Assembly: GCF_038025025.1 (NCBI RefSeq)
Contig: NW_027117340.1
Coordinates: 124,001 to 188,000 of the forward strand
Length of the DNA: 64,000 nt
Direction of reading: 5' to 3'
From: Phyllosticta citribraziliensis
Lineage: Eukaryota
A program made the translations under genes and the position numbers. The first letter of the stretch is position 1. Each line of letters begins with the position of its first letter. Shown here piece by piece: positions 11,005 to 24,000 of the stretch. The notes beneath the pieces are model-generated. The model was not told where the DNA came from. It saw only the letters and a program-made list of their open reading frames with translations, and searched no databases.

Positions 11005-13581
11005 GCGGTCGTTCGACGTGGCGTGACATGACACCACACCACACCCCGGAGAGAGGGAGTCAGGGGGGGAAAGAGGGGGAGGGGAGAAATGGATGGGGAG
11101 AGAGTGAAAGACGGCGGGGAGGAGTGGTTTTGATTTTGATCTGGTGTTTTTGGAGTTGAGTACGCATGAATGGTGCGACGGCGTCGGCGTAGAGCGATGG
11201 AAAGAAGAGAAGGACAATCTGTCGGTCGGTTGGTCGACGCGTCGATTCGAATCGGGCGACAGCGACAGCGGCGTTGGATTTATATGGTATGGGACACGTT
11301 TTTTTTGGATATCTGCTTTTAGCTCTGGGTGCGGTAGGATACCGCTTGGAGAGAGAGAGAGAGAGAGAGCACAGCTAGCTCACAGCTCCTGGGATAGAAA
11401 ATGCATTCTCATCTCTTGCGGTCTCTTTCCTCTTTCCTTTTCTCTTCCTCTTCTCTTTCTCTTTTTAACTCTTTCCCATTTTGGAAGAGCATTTTATTGT
11501 GCTTGTCTTTCTTCCAGTGCGTCTCTCACCTAAGGGCTAGCCAAAAGACTCAGCCAGTACGCGTCCAGCCGGAGACTTTTGACAACCTTAACCGCCACGA
11601 GCTGCAGCATCTCGGCAGCAAAGTCGCGCACTTGAACCAAGAGAAGGATAACAGAGCTGACTTCGTCGGCCAGTCGCGGTACTCGGGCGCCGAACATGCA
11701 AGTCCTCTAGCTGCTCACCTGCTGGCATCTCGTGGACGGTTCCAGCCGACCAGCACAGCTGCAGCGGTGGCGGAATGGGCTGCGAGAGGCGCTGCCACCA
11801 CGGCCATCACTGCCGAAACAGAGCGGCATGGCTTGCGCGCATGGCGCGTGGGGTCTTTTGCTACCAGCTAGCCAGCGCGCGTCGGTCTAAAAATACCGCG
11901 TTTGTTGTTTTGGGTGGTTTGCCAAGCTTGGCGGAGCGGCAGGTGGCAGGTGGAAGAATGGAGAAGGCCGCATTTGGCACGAAACGTGATTTGCAAAGTC
12001 GAAGACTGCGGAAGACGGGGGAAGGAAGTGGGTCGGCGTGGCGAGAGATGTGCAGACGCAGGACGTGGAGAGACGGCGAAGCAGGAAAATCAGAGGGTCT
12101 AAGAATGGGGGTCGGGAATGCAACAGTGGAGTAGGTTTGAGCAACGGAAACAAACCTCGCGCAGCAATGGAAGCATATCAGGTACCAACCTGCGCGCGTG
12201 AGCACAACAGGATCTGGTGTTGAGCCGTCTCACTCGCAGCGCAGCACAGCGCAGCGGCAGAAGCAGAATTTTCCGAGCGGCGGGGCCCCGCACAGCAGCA
12301 GCAAATGGGATTTGCAGACTCGACGATGTGAGACGCCGACGTTGCACGGCAGCCGCCAGGGCCAGATCCGAGCGTTTGGCTTCTGGAGACGGGAGTCGAG
12401 GCCACCAAATCGGGAACTCCACGATGGACAAGAGTAGCGCGGGCTGGGGGGGCAGCCCACGAGGCCCACTCCCCCATTGCCGCAGCGCCGCCGCCCGCCG
12501 TCTCGGATGCGGGGGAGCAACCAACACAGCAGCACGCGGCGCCCGTGGCTGAAGTCGAGTGAAAATGTTTGGGTCTGGGTGACAATGGCATTGTGACTAT
12601 GCATCGGCTTGGGCCAGTAGCTTGCCGACGCAGCGACGCGTGGCCGCGCGCGGCAAGCTTCGACGAGCGTCTAGATGATGGGACAGGACTGGACAGGCCA
12701 TTTCTCAGCGCGAGAGGTCGGGGACCGAACGAGACCGAGTCGTCCAGGCGCGGGGGTCGTCTGATCAGTGGTGGCGACTAAAAATGGCGACGGAGCGAAG
12801 GTGCAGGAACAGTAGAGTGCAGTCTGGATCCGGTGGAGCTTGAGGGGTGGCGAGACTCCTGCTCCTGACAAGGCTGGCACGCGGGGCTGAGAGGCGTCAA
12901 GGCGTCGGGATGCGGTGAGGATGGGCCAGGCGAGGTGGCGGCGACGTGAAGATGGAGTAGAGTAGAGAAGTGGAGGTCGAGTTGATGGTTGAGGATGGGA
13001 TGCAGGGTGCCGGCTGCCGTGTGCGACGTCGGTCGTCGGTCTGCAGCTGCGGGCAAGCCAACGACATCACATCTCCACCACGTCCCGTCCGCAAGCAGCA
13101 GGCCGAGGGCGAGGCGAGGCGAGGCGAGGCGAGAGGGTGGCGTCGGTCAAGGAACGGGACAAAATCCTTCTGGAACAGGGCCTGACGATCAACCACGGTC
13201 GGGCAACGGCAGTGGCTTCATACGGGCGTCGTTCGGGGCGGTCGGAGACGTCGCCACCAGGAACAAAGACCGGGGGAGAGAGAGAGACAACCAATGGACC
13301 CTGTCTGTCTCTGGCTTGGTCACACTCAGATCTGCGAAGCCCTCTCCACAGAAAATCTCTGCGCCTCTACCACTCCTACGCAGCTCTTCCAGGCTAGGCC
13401 CCGGGCTGACATGGTCTCGCAATCCTATATAACGCTGGCCGCAACTCGGTCTGGAGCTGCATCGACATCCTCTCCACGCTCACTCACTCTTCAATCAAGC
13501 AAAGCAATCACTCCCGCTCCCGCCTCCAGACTCCACATTCACTCGCTTCGGCCAGCAACAACAACAACAATAACCGCAACA

Positions 13582-13951
13582 ATGAGCGCCAACACCTCCT
13601 TCAACAACGCCGCCTTCGAGGCCGAAAAGGCCGCCATCACCTCCTACGAGGAGAACTGGGTACGTTCTTCCCTCACCCTCACCCTCTCTCCTCAACCCCA
13701 ACTAACAACCCCATCAGGACTCCTGGGACGGCCCCGTCTGGGACTGGCGCAGCACCAACGTGCCCGCCGTGGCCCCGGCCGCCAACAAGGCCCTCGACGC
13801 CGTCAAGCAGCAGCAGCGCCCCGGCCTCTCGCGCAACCCGTCGTCCTGCTCGTCCATCGCCTCGGTCAAGAGCGACGACTCGGACTGGTACGCCAACGCC
13901 ACGCCCGCCTGCTCGCGCTGCGGCCATGGCTCCGCCACCATGCACGTCTGA
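13582..13951 (+). CDS. Putative microprotein B, 103 aa (MSANTSFNNAAFEAEK...WYANATPACSRCGHGSATMHV); exons 13582-13659, 13718-13951
   Basis: TATATAA at 13426-13432, ACAACA-ATG context, GTACGT donor, ACTAAC branch, CAG acceptor, and very strong C/G third-position bias typical of real genes in this window. Confidence 0.8.
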
Positions 13952-15202
13952 GCGTGTCGCGGCGAGTCGACGAGAGTCGCTGCCTTCCTTGTGCTCCCCT
14001 CGTTCTCTGTCTTGATTGATGATGAGTGAGGGAGGGGAGCAGTGGAGTGGCGCTCCACGACGACGACGACGACGACGAAAAGAAAAAACACTTCGCGGCA
14101 TCGGGACCCCCTCTACTTCTCCCCGGTGCCGCGACAGTGCCCCGATGATGCCGACCCCGTGCGTGGCATCAGATGACGAGACGAGCAGCAGCAGCAGCGT
14201 CAGCAGCGGATTCCCAAACCCAAAAACCCCTATCATCATCATCATCATCATCATCACCTGTTTTTCAGCCCGATGATTTCCGCATCGCATTGCATCGCAT
14301 CGCATCATTTACAGTCCGCGAGCACTTTGTTGCTATTTAGACCATTCAGAGTCAAAAACCACACGGGGCGCTACCTAAAAGAAGAGACGATGAGCGGTCC
14401 TTTTCTTGCTTTTTTTTTTGGTTTTGATGTTCTTTCTTTACTATGAGTACATACATATCCTGCATATACCTCGCTACTACTACTACTACTACTGGCACAT
14501 GGCATTCCTCTCTGTTTATATCAATCCATCACTTCATCACTTCACCAACTACCTCAAAGCGTGCTACAGAACTTTTCGTGAACTGTGACTTGAGCCGCTT
14601 GTTGGTCTTGCCTTGCTGGATGGCTGAGTGATGTCGGCAGCTGGCGGGAGGGTGGGCAGGCAGGCAGGCAGGCAATCAAGATACAGGCAGCAAGCGTGCC
14701 ATGAATGCTTCACTGCACTCGCCTTTCACAAGTACGGCACCTGCCTAGTTGGTTTGCACCACCACCGTCTGAGAACAGAATTGAGAATTGTCGTCATGTC
14801 ATGTTTTCTATCCTCACGGCTGGTTAAGCAGCCCACTGCCCATCCTCCCACGTCCACACGCTCAACGCAATCAACGAGGATATACGCGTGCATGCTGCAT
14901 GTGCTGAACCCACAGAATCACACAAGAAAAAGCAAGCCATCGAGAATCATTTCAATGACAACAAGACTGTTTGTTAGATGAACGCCAAAAGATCCCCCTC
15001 CTTGTTCCGCCAATTGTACTCCCGTAAATGGACGTTGAAGCCACCATCAATCATCTCGCTTGATCGGTCGTCCAGCCCCCCTTTTTGTTGAAACACACCC
15101 ACTGCCTGCCTGCTTGTCATGCCATCAAAACCGACTCTGCTTTTTGCCCCGTGCGAGTCGGAACTTTTTTTGATGTGAAGGAAATTGTTATGGGTACAGA
15201 AT

Positions 15203-16759
15203 TTACACGGGAAGGGGGAAGGTGACGGCCCAGGCGGCAATCTCCTTCTTGAGGTTGTTGATGTCGTCGACCTCGTGCGACGCCACCCTGGCCTTGAAGT
15301 CCTTGAGCTTGTTGGCCTCCTTGGGCAGCTCCGCCTGGATCTTCTTGCACAGCTTGATGCACGTGTCAATGTACTGCGCAATCTTGTTGAAGTCCTCCTC
15401 GCCGAGGCCGCGCGAGGTCATGGCCGGCGCGCCGATGCGGATACCCATGGGCGTCAGGGCCGACTTGTCGCCGGGGGTGGTGTTCTTGTTGCAGGCAATG
15501 TTGACCTGCTCGAGGACGGCCTCGACACGGGCGCCGTCGAGGGCGACGGGCTTCAGGTCCAGCAGAACCATGTGGTTGTCGGTGCCGTCGGTGACGAGCT
15601 TGTAGCCGAGCTCCTTGAACTTGACCTCGAGCGCCTTGGCGTTCTTGATGACCTGCTGCTGGTACTGCTTGAAGTCGTCGGTCTGGGCCTGCTTGAGGGC
15701 GACGGCCAGAGCGGTGATGGTGTGGTTGTGCGGGCCACCCTGGTGACCGGGGAAGACGGAGAAGTTGATGGGAGCCTCGAGGTCGTAGAGGACGTCCTTG
15801 CCCGTCTTGGCGTCAGTCTTCCTCACGCCCTTGCGGAAGAAGATCATGGCACCGCGGGGTCCGCGGAGCGACTTGTGGGTGGTGGTGGTGACAATGTCGC
15901 AGTAGGGGAAGGGCGAGGCGTTGACGCCGGCGGCGACGAGACCGGAAATGTGGGCCATGTCCATCATCAGGTAGCAGCCAACCTTGTCGGCAATCTCGCG
16001 CATGCGCTTGTAGTCAATCTCGCGGCAGTAGGCCGAGGTGCCGGCAACGAGGACCTTGGGGCGGTACATGAGGGCATTCTGCTCGAGCTGCTCGTAGTCG
16101 ATGAGGCCAGTGTCGAGGTTGACGCGGTAGGGGAAGGTCTCGAAGTAGGTGGAGACGGCAGAGATCCTGACTGGTTAGCTTGGAAGGATTGGCGGGTCGA
16201 GCGACTTGCTTCTTCTGGGGAGTCTGGTAGCCGTGGGACAAGTGACCACCGTGGGGCAGGTCAAGACCCATGAGCCTGTCGTGCGGCCGCATGATGGCCT
16301 GGTAGACCTGGAGGTTGGCAGGGCTGCCAGACAGGGTCTGGACGTTGACGCCCCACTTGGCGGGGTCGAGGCCGAAGGTCTCGAGAGCGCGCCTCTGGCA
16401 GGTGAGCTCAATCTCGTCAATGTGCTCGTTGCCGCCGTAGTAGCGGGCGCCGGGGTAGCCCTCGGAGTACTTGTTGGACATGGGCGAGCCCAGAGCATCG
16501 AAGACGGCGCGCGAGGTGACGTTCTCGGAGGCGATGAGCAGGATGGACTCGCGCTGGCGCTGAATCTCCTTTTTCTGCGGGGTGTTAGAGGCATCGAGGC
16601 GAGCGGAGGGGTGGTGGTCGTACCATGATCTCAGCAATCTCGGGGTCAGTCTCGACCAGAGACTTCTCCATGAGCTGCAACGACGAGTCAGCGGGGTGCG
16701 TGGCAATGGCGCGGGACACTCACGTCCTGGTGGGACTTGGGCAGAGCGTAGGACGACAT
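15203..16759 (-). CDS. SHM2: Serine hydroxymethyltransferase, cytosolic, 471 aa; exons 16759-16724, 16674-16624, 16574-16210, 16166-15203
   Basis: [44 protein letters not shown]-Lys motif [24 protein letters not shown]. No mitochondrial presequence. Confidence 0.97.
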
Positions 16760-17786
16760 GGTGGGCGATGGATTCAACCTGCGGAAGCCGAGTTGAACAG
16801 AGGGGTAGGGTATGTAGTGTTGGTGGTGGAGAGAGAAAGAGAAGCTGCGGCGAAATATTTCACGCTGGCGTCGCGCTAAGCCTGGCCGGCAGCCGATCCC
16901 GGATCTACCCCGGGCACTCGACTCGACTCAGGTCGCTGTCTTGAGATGCTGCTTGCAGCAGTCGGGCATTGAATCCATTGTACTGACGACAATATCAAGA
17001 ACTCGACAGCCCCAGATTTCCCCGCAATCAGAGCTTCAACTGGGTGGAGTGGGCGAGATCTGAACGGTGATCAGTGCTCTGCGGCATGGCGGCCACCTCC
17101 GAGCCGAGGTGTCGACGCAATCTGCACTATACACGCTATAGCAGCCGTCGTCTCTGTTGTAGACGGTCAGCGGACAAACCATTTCTTTATACACATGGTC
17201 ACCTTCTACTGCATGTGCGACTCCAAGCATGCCTCTCGCGGCGAACCAAGCAGCGTCCATCACCCGTGGATCCGCTGTCGTGCTGCAAGTAACATTGAGT
17301 ACCTGACCATCCGTCGGCATGTCCGTCCACGGTGCAACATGACGGGCTCAGCTGCTCGCCTGTGATGAATTTTTGGGCCCAAGTAAGGTGCAAATACTAT
17401 TGCCTCGCTTGTGCGTGCGGCTGGAAAGCCAAGGGCGTTCCTGGCTGATAACGGTCCAAAGAGCAAAGAATGTAGCGCTCGCCATTCTCGTCTTTTAATA
17501 AATCTACCGTCAATGGGTGGTTGGTACCGGAGATCGGAGCCGGCATTGGATCCTGGTCACCTCAGTCAGCCCTACCGCGGGGTGTTCATCACTGCCGCTG
17601 TCCCGGCCACCTTCTTCTTCCCCTCCTCAACCTCTTCAACGTCCCTCTCTCCCTCGATTTGCCCTTCGACACGCCTACGACCGCATTTACACCCTCGACA
17701 TCGCTTGAAATCGCCCTCTCCGCGCCTTCCTCGCCCGTCGTCTCCTCGTCAAGCCCGCGCAAGAAACCACACGGCTGCCTGTCGCC

Positions 17787-19317
17787 ATGTCGCAGTATCC
17801 CGGCCAGCAATACCACGGTGGTTATAACGCGCCCCCTCCCCAGCAAGGGTACGGCGCTCCTCAAGGCTATCCGCCGCCACAGCAGTACGGGCCGTACGGT
17901 CACCTCCCCTCATCGCGACCTCACTGACAGCAAGCAGCCCCCAAGGACAGTACGGATACCCTCCGCCCGGCCATTCGCCCCAACCCTACAACTACGGAAC
18001 ACCGCCGCCTGGTCAATTTGGGGGATATCAGCAGGTATGCGTCGAGAGCGCAAAAGGTGGCTGTACACTCGGTGCTGACGCGGCCTAGGGACCACCACCG
18101 CCCCAGCCAGGATATGGCGGTGGATACGGTGCTCCACCGCCGCAACAACAACAATATGGAGGGCCTCGTAAGGCACAATCGTTCTTCACGCCTCCCGTTC
18201 GGGTAGCTAATGTCCCATAGCCCCCAACAACTACGGCGGTCAACCTAACGCTCCGCCTCCACCTCCACAGCAGGCTCAGTCGTTCGGCCATGGTGCTCCG
18301 GCCGGCTACTCGTTTCAATATTCCAACTGCACCGGTCGCCGCAAGGCGTTGCTCATTGGAATCAATTACTTTGGTCAGCGCGGACAGCTGCGTGGGTGCA
18401 TCAACGATGTTAAGAACATGAGCGGTTACCTCAACCAGCACTACGGCTACAAGCGCGAGGACATGGTCATCTTGACCGACGACCAACAAAATCCCATGAG
18501 CCAGCCTACCAAGGCCAATCTCCTGCGCGCCATGCATTGGCTGGTCAAGGATGCCCAGCCCAACGACTCACTCTTCTTCCACTACTCTGGTCAGTCTACC
18601 TACTCAATGTCTAAACACATCTAACAATTGTAGGACACGGTGGCCAAACCAAAGATCTCGACGGCGACGAAGAAGACGGCTACGACGAAGTCATCTACCC
18701 CGTCGACTTTCGCCAGGCGGGTCACATTGTCGACGACGAAATGCATCGCATCATGGTGGGGCCGCTCCAACCCGGCGTGCGCCTCACCGCCATCTTTGAT
18801 TCCTGTCACTCGGGCTCGGCTCTCGACCTGCCGTACCTCTACTCGACACAAGGTGTGCTCAAGGAGCCCAATTTGGCCAAGGAAGCCGGCCAAGGTCTTC
18901 TCGGCATTGTGTCATCATATGCACGCGGCGACATGGGCGGCATGGCAAGCACGGCTCTTGGCTTGTTCAAAAAGGCAACCTCTGGCGGCGAGACGCGGGA
19001 ACGCAACCTGCGGACCAAGACGTCGCCGGCCGACGTCATCATGTGGAGCGGGAGCAAGGACTCGCAGACGTCGGCGGACGCCAGCATCGCGGGCCAGGCG
19101 ACGGGCGCCATGAGCTACGCCTTCATCAGCGCGCTCAAGAAGAACCCGCGCCAGAGCTACGTCCAGCTGCTCAACTCGATACGCGACGAGCTGCTGGGCA
19201 AGTATGACCAGAAGCCCCAGCTGAGCTGCAGTCATCCTCTGAGTAAGTCTCGTGCCAACACAACGAACTCGCTTACTGACGGCGTCGACAGACACGAACA
19301 TCTTGTACGTCATGTGA
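17787..19317 (+). CDS. MCA1: Type I metacaspase with Pro/Gln/Tyr/Gly-rich N-terminal prodomain; exons 17787-17893, 17938-18034, 18089-18167, 18221-18589, 18634-19242, 19292-19317
   Basis: [19 protein letters not shown], catalytic His (FHYSGHGG) and Cys (FDSCHSG), [22 protein letters not shown]. Confidence 0.96.
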
Positions 19318-20212
19318 TGTGGGCGAACAGCTCCGTCGCTGGTTACTATCCAGGTTCCTCGCCTTGTTTGCGCTGCAGACTAATTCCCTGGGTGTGCTAG
19401 GTTTGTCATGTGAATGAATCACCCTGCACGTTGCGCGTACGCGTTCAAAAGATTTTTCGTCTGCTTGGTTTGGTTGGTTTGGTTTGGTTTGGCACTTTCT
19501 TCGCTTCCGGTCGATCGATCACCGCATGTTTGCATGTACAGAATCTAAAAGAACAGACGACACTACACTACACGCCGCAGACTGACTCGCGGCATTATTG
19601 GATCGAGTCTCGCCGTCTCCTCCCGCACGGGTTGCGGAGTGGACGGCGGCGTAGTGGATATGCGAAGGATGGATGGATTTGGTATTGCGTTGGTCGTTGT
19701 TTGGGAAGAAAGATCTGAGTGGAGTGGACAGACAGACTGGACGGGCGGACGGGCGTTCTTTGGATTCAACGCTTCCACGGGCGTTTTCTTCCTCTCTGTC
19801 TTTCTCTCTTGCTGGGATCTTTGGTCTTTTGTTACTTTGTTTATTGGAAGAGCAGAGCGCGTGCGTATGAGATGGGTGGGTGGGTACGTCGCCGTCGCCA
19901 TCAATACAAACAAACGTACGTACGTCTGCGCAAAGCCACGTTGATTTTTCTGAGAGGTGACGGACTGTGCGCCAACATTAAGCAATGCAGAAACTCACCG
20001 TCTTCTTGGGTTGATGATGAGACCGCGTGGCATAGTACAGCACAACCCGTAAACCCAACTAACACAACGCAGCACGATGCAAAAAAGACAGGCAGTGTAG
20101 TACCCTTCGCCACCGTGTCGGACAAACAAACAAACACCAAGTGCCACTCGGGGGAAACCCACTGTTCTTCCGCACAGACATACACAGGCGAAGCTGCAGC
20201 ACGGCGCGGCAC

Positions 20213-20243
<31 letters not shown>

Positions 20244-21077
20244 AGACGGGGAGGCGCGTTATATACCCACGAGAAACTCCGACGTCGCTCGCCAGACCGC
20301 TGACAGTCGACTCACTCGCTGCTCAGCTGCTGCTGCTGCGAAGAGCCGAAGACGGCGACGCGTGGGAGGGGGAGGGGAGAGAGTGACGTACGTGGTGACT
20401 TGTTGTGTCGTGCTGGCTCGCGAAATGGCTGACTGTCTTTCTTATCTTGTCGCGTGGCACGTGTGAGAGCAGAGCTCTGTCGAGCGAGCTGGGTTTATTT
20501 ACATACATACACACATGCGCGCGCAATGGGAGCATCTATATGTTCATCCCTCCCCCTCCCCTCTACTTCTCCTCCTCGCCCCCATCCCAGTAAAAAGCCG
20601 CAACATAAACACCACAATCAAGACTTTCATACCATGGTTTGCTCTATCCTACGCTATCTGATGCTATACCATGCAAATGCAATGCTATTGTCTCTATCAA
20701 GTATGCATTATGCCGTATCTAGTACTCAATACCTCATGATCCATGATCGATATCCCCAATATTCTCCACGCCCATACCCCTTAGCCCATAGCCATACCAT
20801 GCCATGGCCACACCATACCCATACCCAGCTAATCATCAGCCAATACCACCACCAATACCACCACCACCTCAACCTCTCCCTCCATCACATCTCCAAAGAA
20901 AAACCAAAGCGCAGAGAAAAGAGAAAATGCTGACCGTAAAGAAACCACTCCGTAAACATGCAAGCAAGCAAGCAAGCAAGCTAACACAGCCAACGACAAA
21001 CTCGTCGTCCGTCGCCACAACAAAACAGAAAAGGAAAGGAAAAGGAGAGAAACCACACACCACACACCACACAAAAC

Positions 21078-24000
21078 TCAACCCACCATCTCCTTCTCCT
21101 TCTTCTCCACTTTCTCACCCACACCCACACCACCCTCCTCCTCATCACCATCCCCATCAACATCAACGGCGCCAACAAACTTCAGCGCCGCCAAGTGCGC
21201 CGGATCCAGCGACGCAACCGACGAATCGGTATTCGGCTGGCCCAGGCGCTTCGACTCCTGCTGGCCGGGAGCGCACGACGCCTCCGCCTGCGTCTCGTGG
21301 TGGGGCGTAGACAGCGTCGATTGAGTCGACCGCGTCAAGCCATCGGCCGCGGCAGCAGCAGCACCACCACCACTGCTGCTCGCCTCCTTCTCCTTCTCCT
21401 TCTCCTTGGCACTTACACTTCCACTCGCACTGCCACTCGCACTCTGCGCCACCGTCGCCGTCTGGGTCGTAGAAACAGTGACAGTTCCCGACGGCGTAGC
21501 GTCCGCAGCCGCAGCATCGCCATCAGCAGCGCGACCGCGGCGCGAAGGCGGGCGAGAGCCCGGACACGACGACGCGCGCGGGCGCACCGAGCGGCGCGAG
21601 CCCGCGGCACTGGCGTTGGCCGTCGACAGGGGGACGAGGCGCGTGGTGCTGTTGGCGCTGGCGCTGGTCGTGTACGTCGAGGAGCGGCGGCTGCTGCGCG
21701 CGGCGGCGTTGCGGCTGGCCGTGGTGCTGGGTCTGCCCCTGGCGCTGGCGGCGCTGGGCGCAGTGTGAGGAGGAGCATGGACGAGGTTGGACGGCTCGGT
21801 CGTCGAAGAGGTCATGGTTGGGACGATGACTGTCACCGGCACCTTGGTCGGCGTCAGGTGGTGGAGCTTTGCAGGAGAGGCGCTCTTGTCCCTCTCGTCC
21901 ATGTGGATGTCGACATCGACCTCGCGGACGCGCTCGAGCTCGACCTGTCGCTGGACATGATTGCCGTCACGAAACACCAGCTCTTCCCTCTCCCTCTCCC
22001 GGACAACCAAGACGCTGTCCCTACCATTGCTGCCCCTCCTCTTCTCCCTCTCCTTCTCCGCCGCCGCCGCCATCAGCAAGCTGCGGCCGAGACTGAACCA
22101 AAAGCTCTTCAACTTCTCGAGCATGCGCTTGGTGCGAAACTCGACGCGCGACATGCCCAATCCGCCGGGGCCGCCAGGTCCGTCGACGCCCCTGTTTGCA
22201 CTCTGTCCAGCTGCGGCTGCAACGGCAGGCTGCACGGCCGACGTGGTGCCAAAGCGAGGACGGCTCATGACCACGCCCGCGTCGCCGGCTCCAGAAATGC
22301 TGCTGCTGTCGCCAGTCTTGCCACCACCACGGAGCGGAAGGGGCAACGAAATGGGAATCGGCAACAGCGAGAGCGTACGACCGCTGCGAGTAGAGGGCTC
22401 CTCCGTCGTGACGGCTGAAGGCGAATCGCGACGCGTCGACGGCGAAAGAGTAGGTAGTGGACTCAGGGGCGTGAGGTAGGACGTGCTTGCACCGGCACCG
22501 CCAGCGGACGAGCCACCACCAAGCGGAATGAGGCTTGACGCCGTGTCAGTCACTGGAGTGGGATTCTTGCTGTTGGCATTGTTGCCATTCTTTGCGGAAG
22601 TTGCGGCGATGGAAGGCCCGGCGCCGGCCAGCCTCAAACGCAAACCAGTCAGCCGCTTCCTCAGACCACCCGCGCCCTTGGTCTGCGAGCTGTCGTCGGA
22701 GAAGAAGCTCCGCACGTCGTCAATATTGATGTTGAAGCGACCCTGCGGAGGAGTGAGGCCCGTAGTGGGATATCGATCACCAGGGTCGACCGGACGCGTG
22801 TCTTCGAGCGAGATGGACGGATGCGTCAACGTCGGATTGGGAGACAAGGTGCGGCGAGCCAAATAGACGTGCGAGTGCGAGTGATTCGGGTCCGAAGGGT
22901 TGCAGACATTGTGTGAATGAGAATGGTGCGAATGGTGCCGATGCGACGACTTGATGCCCATTCCCATTTTGCGCGTCAGCGTTCCCAGCACACTCGTGCA
23001 AGGCTTGCTGGGACCAGCTGCCGACTGCCTGCGGCTGTTTTGGCGACTGTGCGTGTTTTTGAAGGTGTCGTGTGTCGACGTACTGTCGGCGAGCGTGCTG
23101 TGCGACTGCGCCGTGACCGTCGTCGTAGGATTCACATCACCATGGACGCCAATCGCATCGGCCGCATTCTTGATTGTCGCATTCGTAAGGCTGTACTCGG
23201 AAGCAGATGACGATGCCAGCGTCGAGCGATCGCCATCGCGGACGTGAGCTTTGATGGGGAAGCTAATGTCAATGTCAATGCCCGAGGGAAACTTGACATT
23301 GGCCAGGTCCCAAGCAGAGCCGTCGTCCGACTTTTTGGCGGTGTCAATCTCGTTACTGCGGCGGAGGTGGACCGGGAGCGGGGCCTCGAGCTCTGCCATG
23401 GGCGTCTTGCGTCTGGCCTTTTTGTCGTCATCGTCGGCCATGGAAATTTTGCGCTCCTCCTGAGCACTCTTGTAAGAGGCCGACGAACTGCTCATTTCCT
23501 CGACACGATGGCAGCGAAGCACGTGGCCATCTCCTTTCTCCCTCTTTTCCTTTTCGCGCATGGTGAGCTCCTCGTAAATGTCATCGTCAACCAACACGAG
23601 CGAAGTCTTGCCCGGCAGCGGCCGCAGCCTCCGCGACGACTTCATGTTGTTCAAGAGTCCAGGTCGCTCGCCGACATGGCGCACGTCTTCGACATCAGCC
23701 TTGAGCTCATCATCTTCAATCATGTCCTCCACATCCTCGTCGACATTCTCGGAGCTGCGGTACTTTTTGAGCGACGGAATCAGCTCAGAAAGGCGCGCAG
23801 TGAGACCGGCCAGGGACGGAACAGAAAGCCTCTCCACCTCCTCAAGCACCTCTTCTGGGGAATATGGCCTAGAAATGTCGCGGGCAGACATGGCCGTTTC
23901 GCTGCGCATAGACAGCACCTCCGCCTCCGTCTGCTGCTCGGGCTCGGGCTCAGGCTCGGGCTCGGGCTCCTTTTCAACCTCAACATCTGGTTCAGGCTTG

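Noticed and set aside
15185..16273. 362-aa plus-strand ORF
   Set aside because: Antisense shadow of SHM2.
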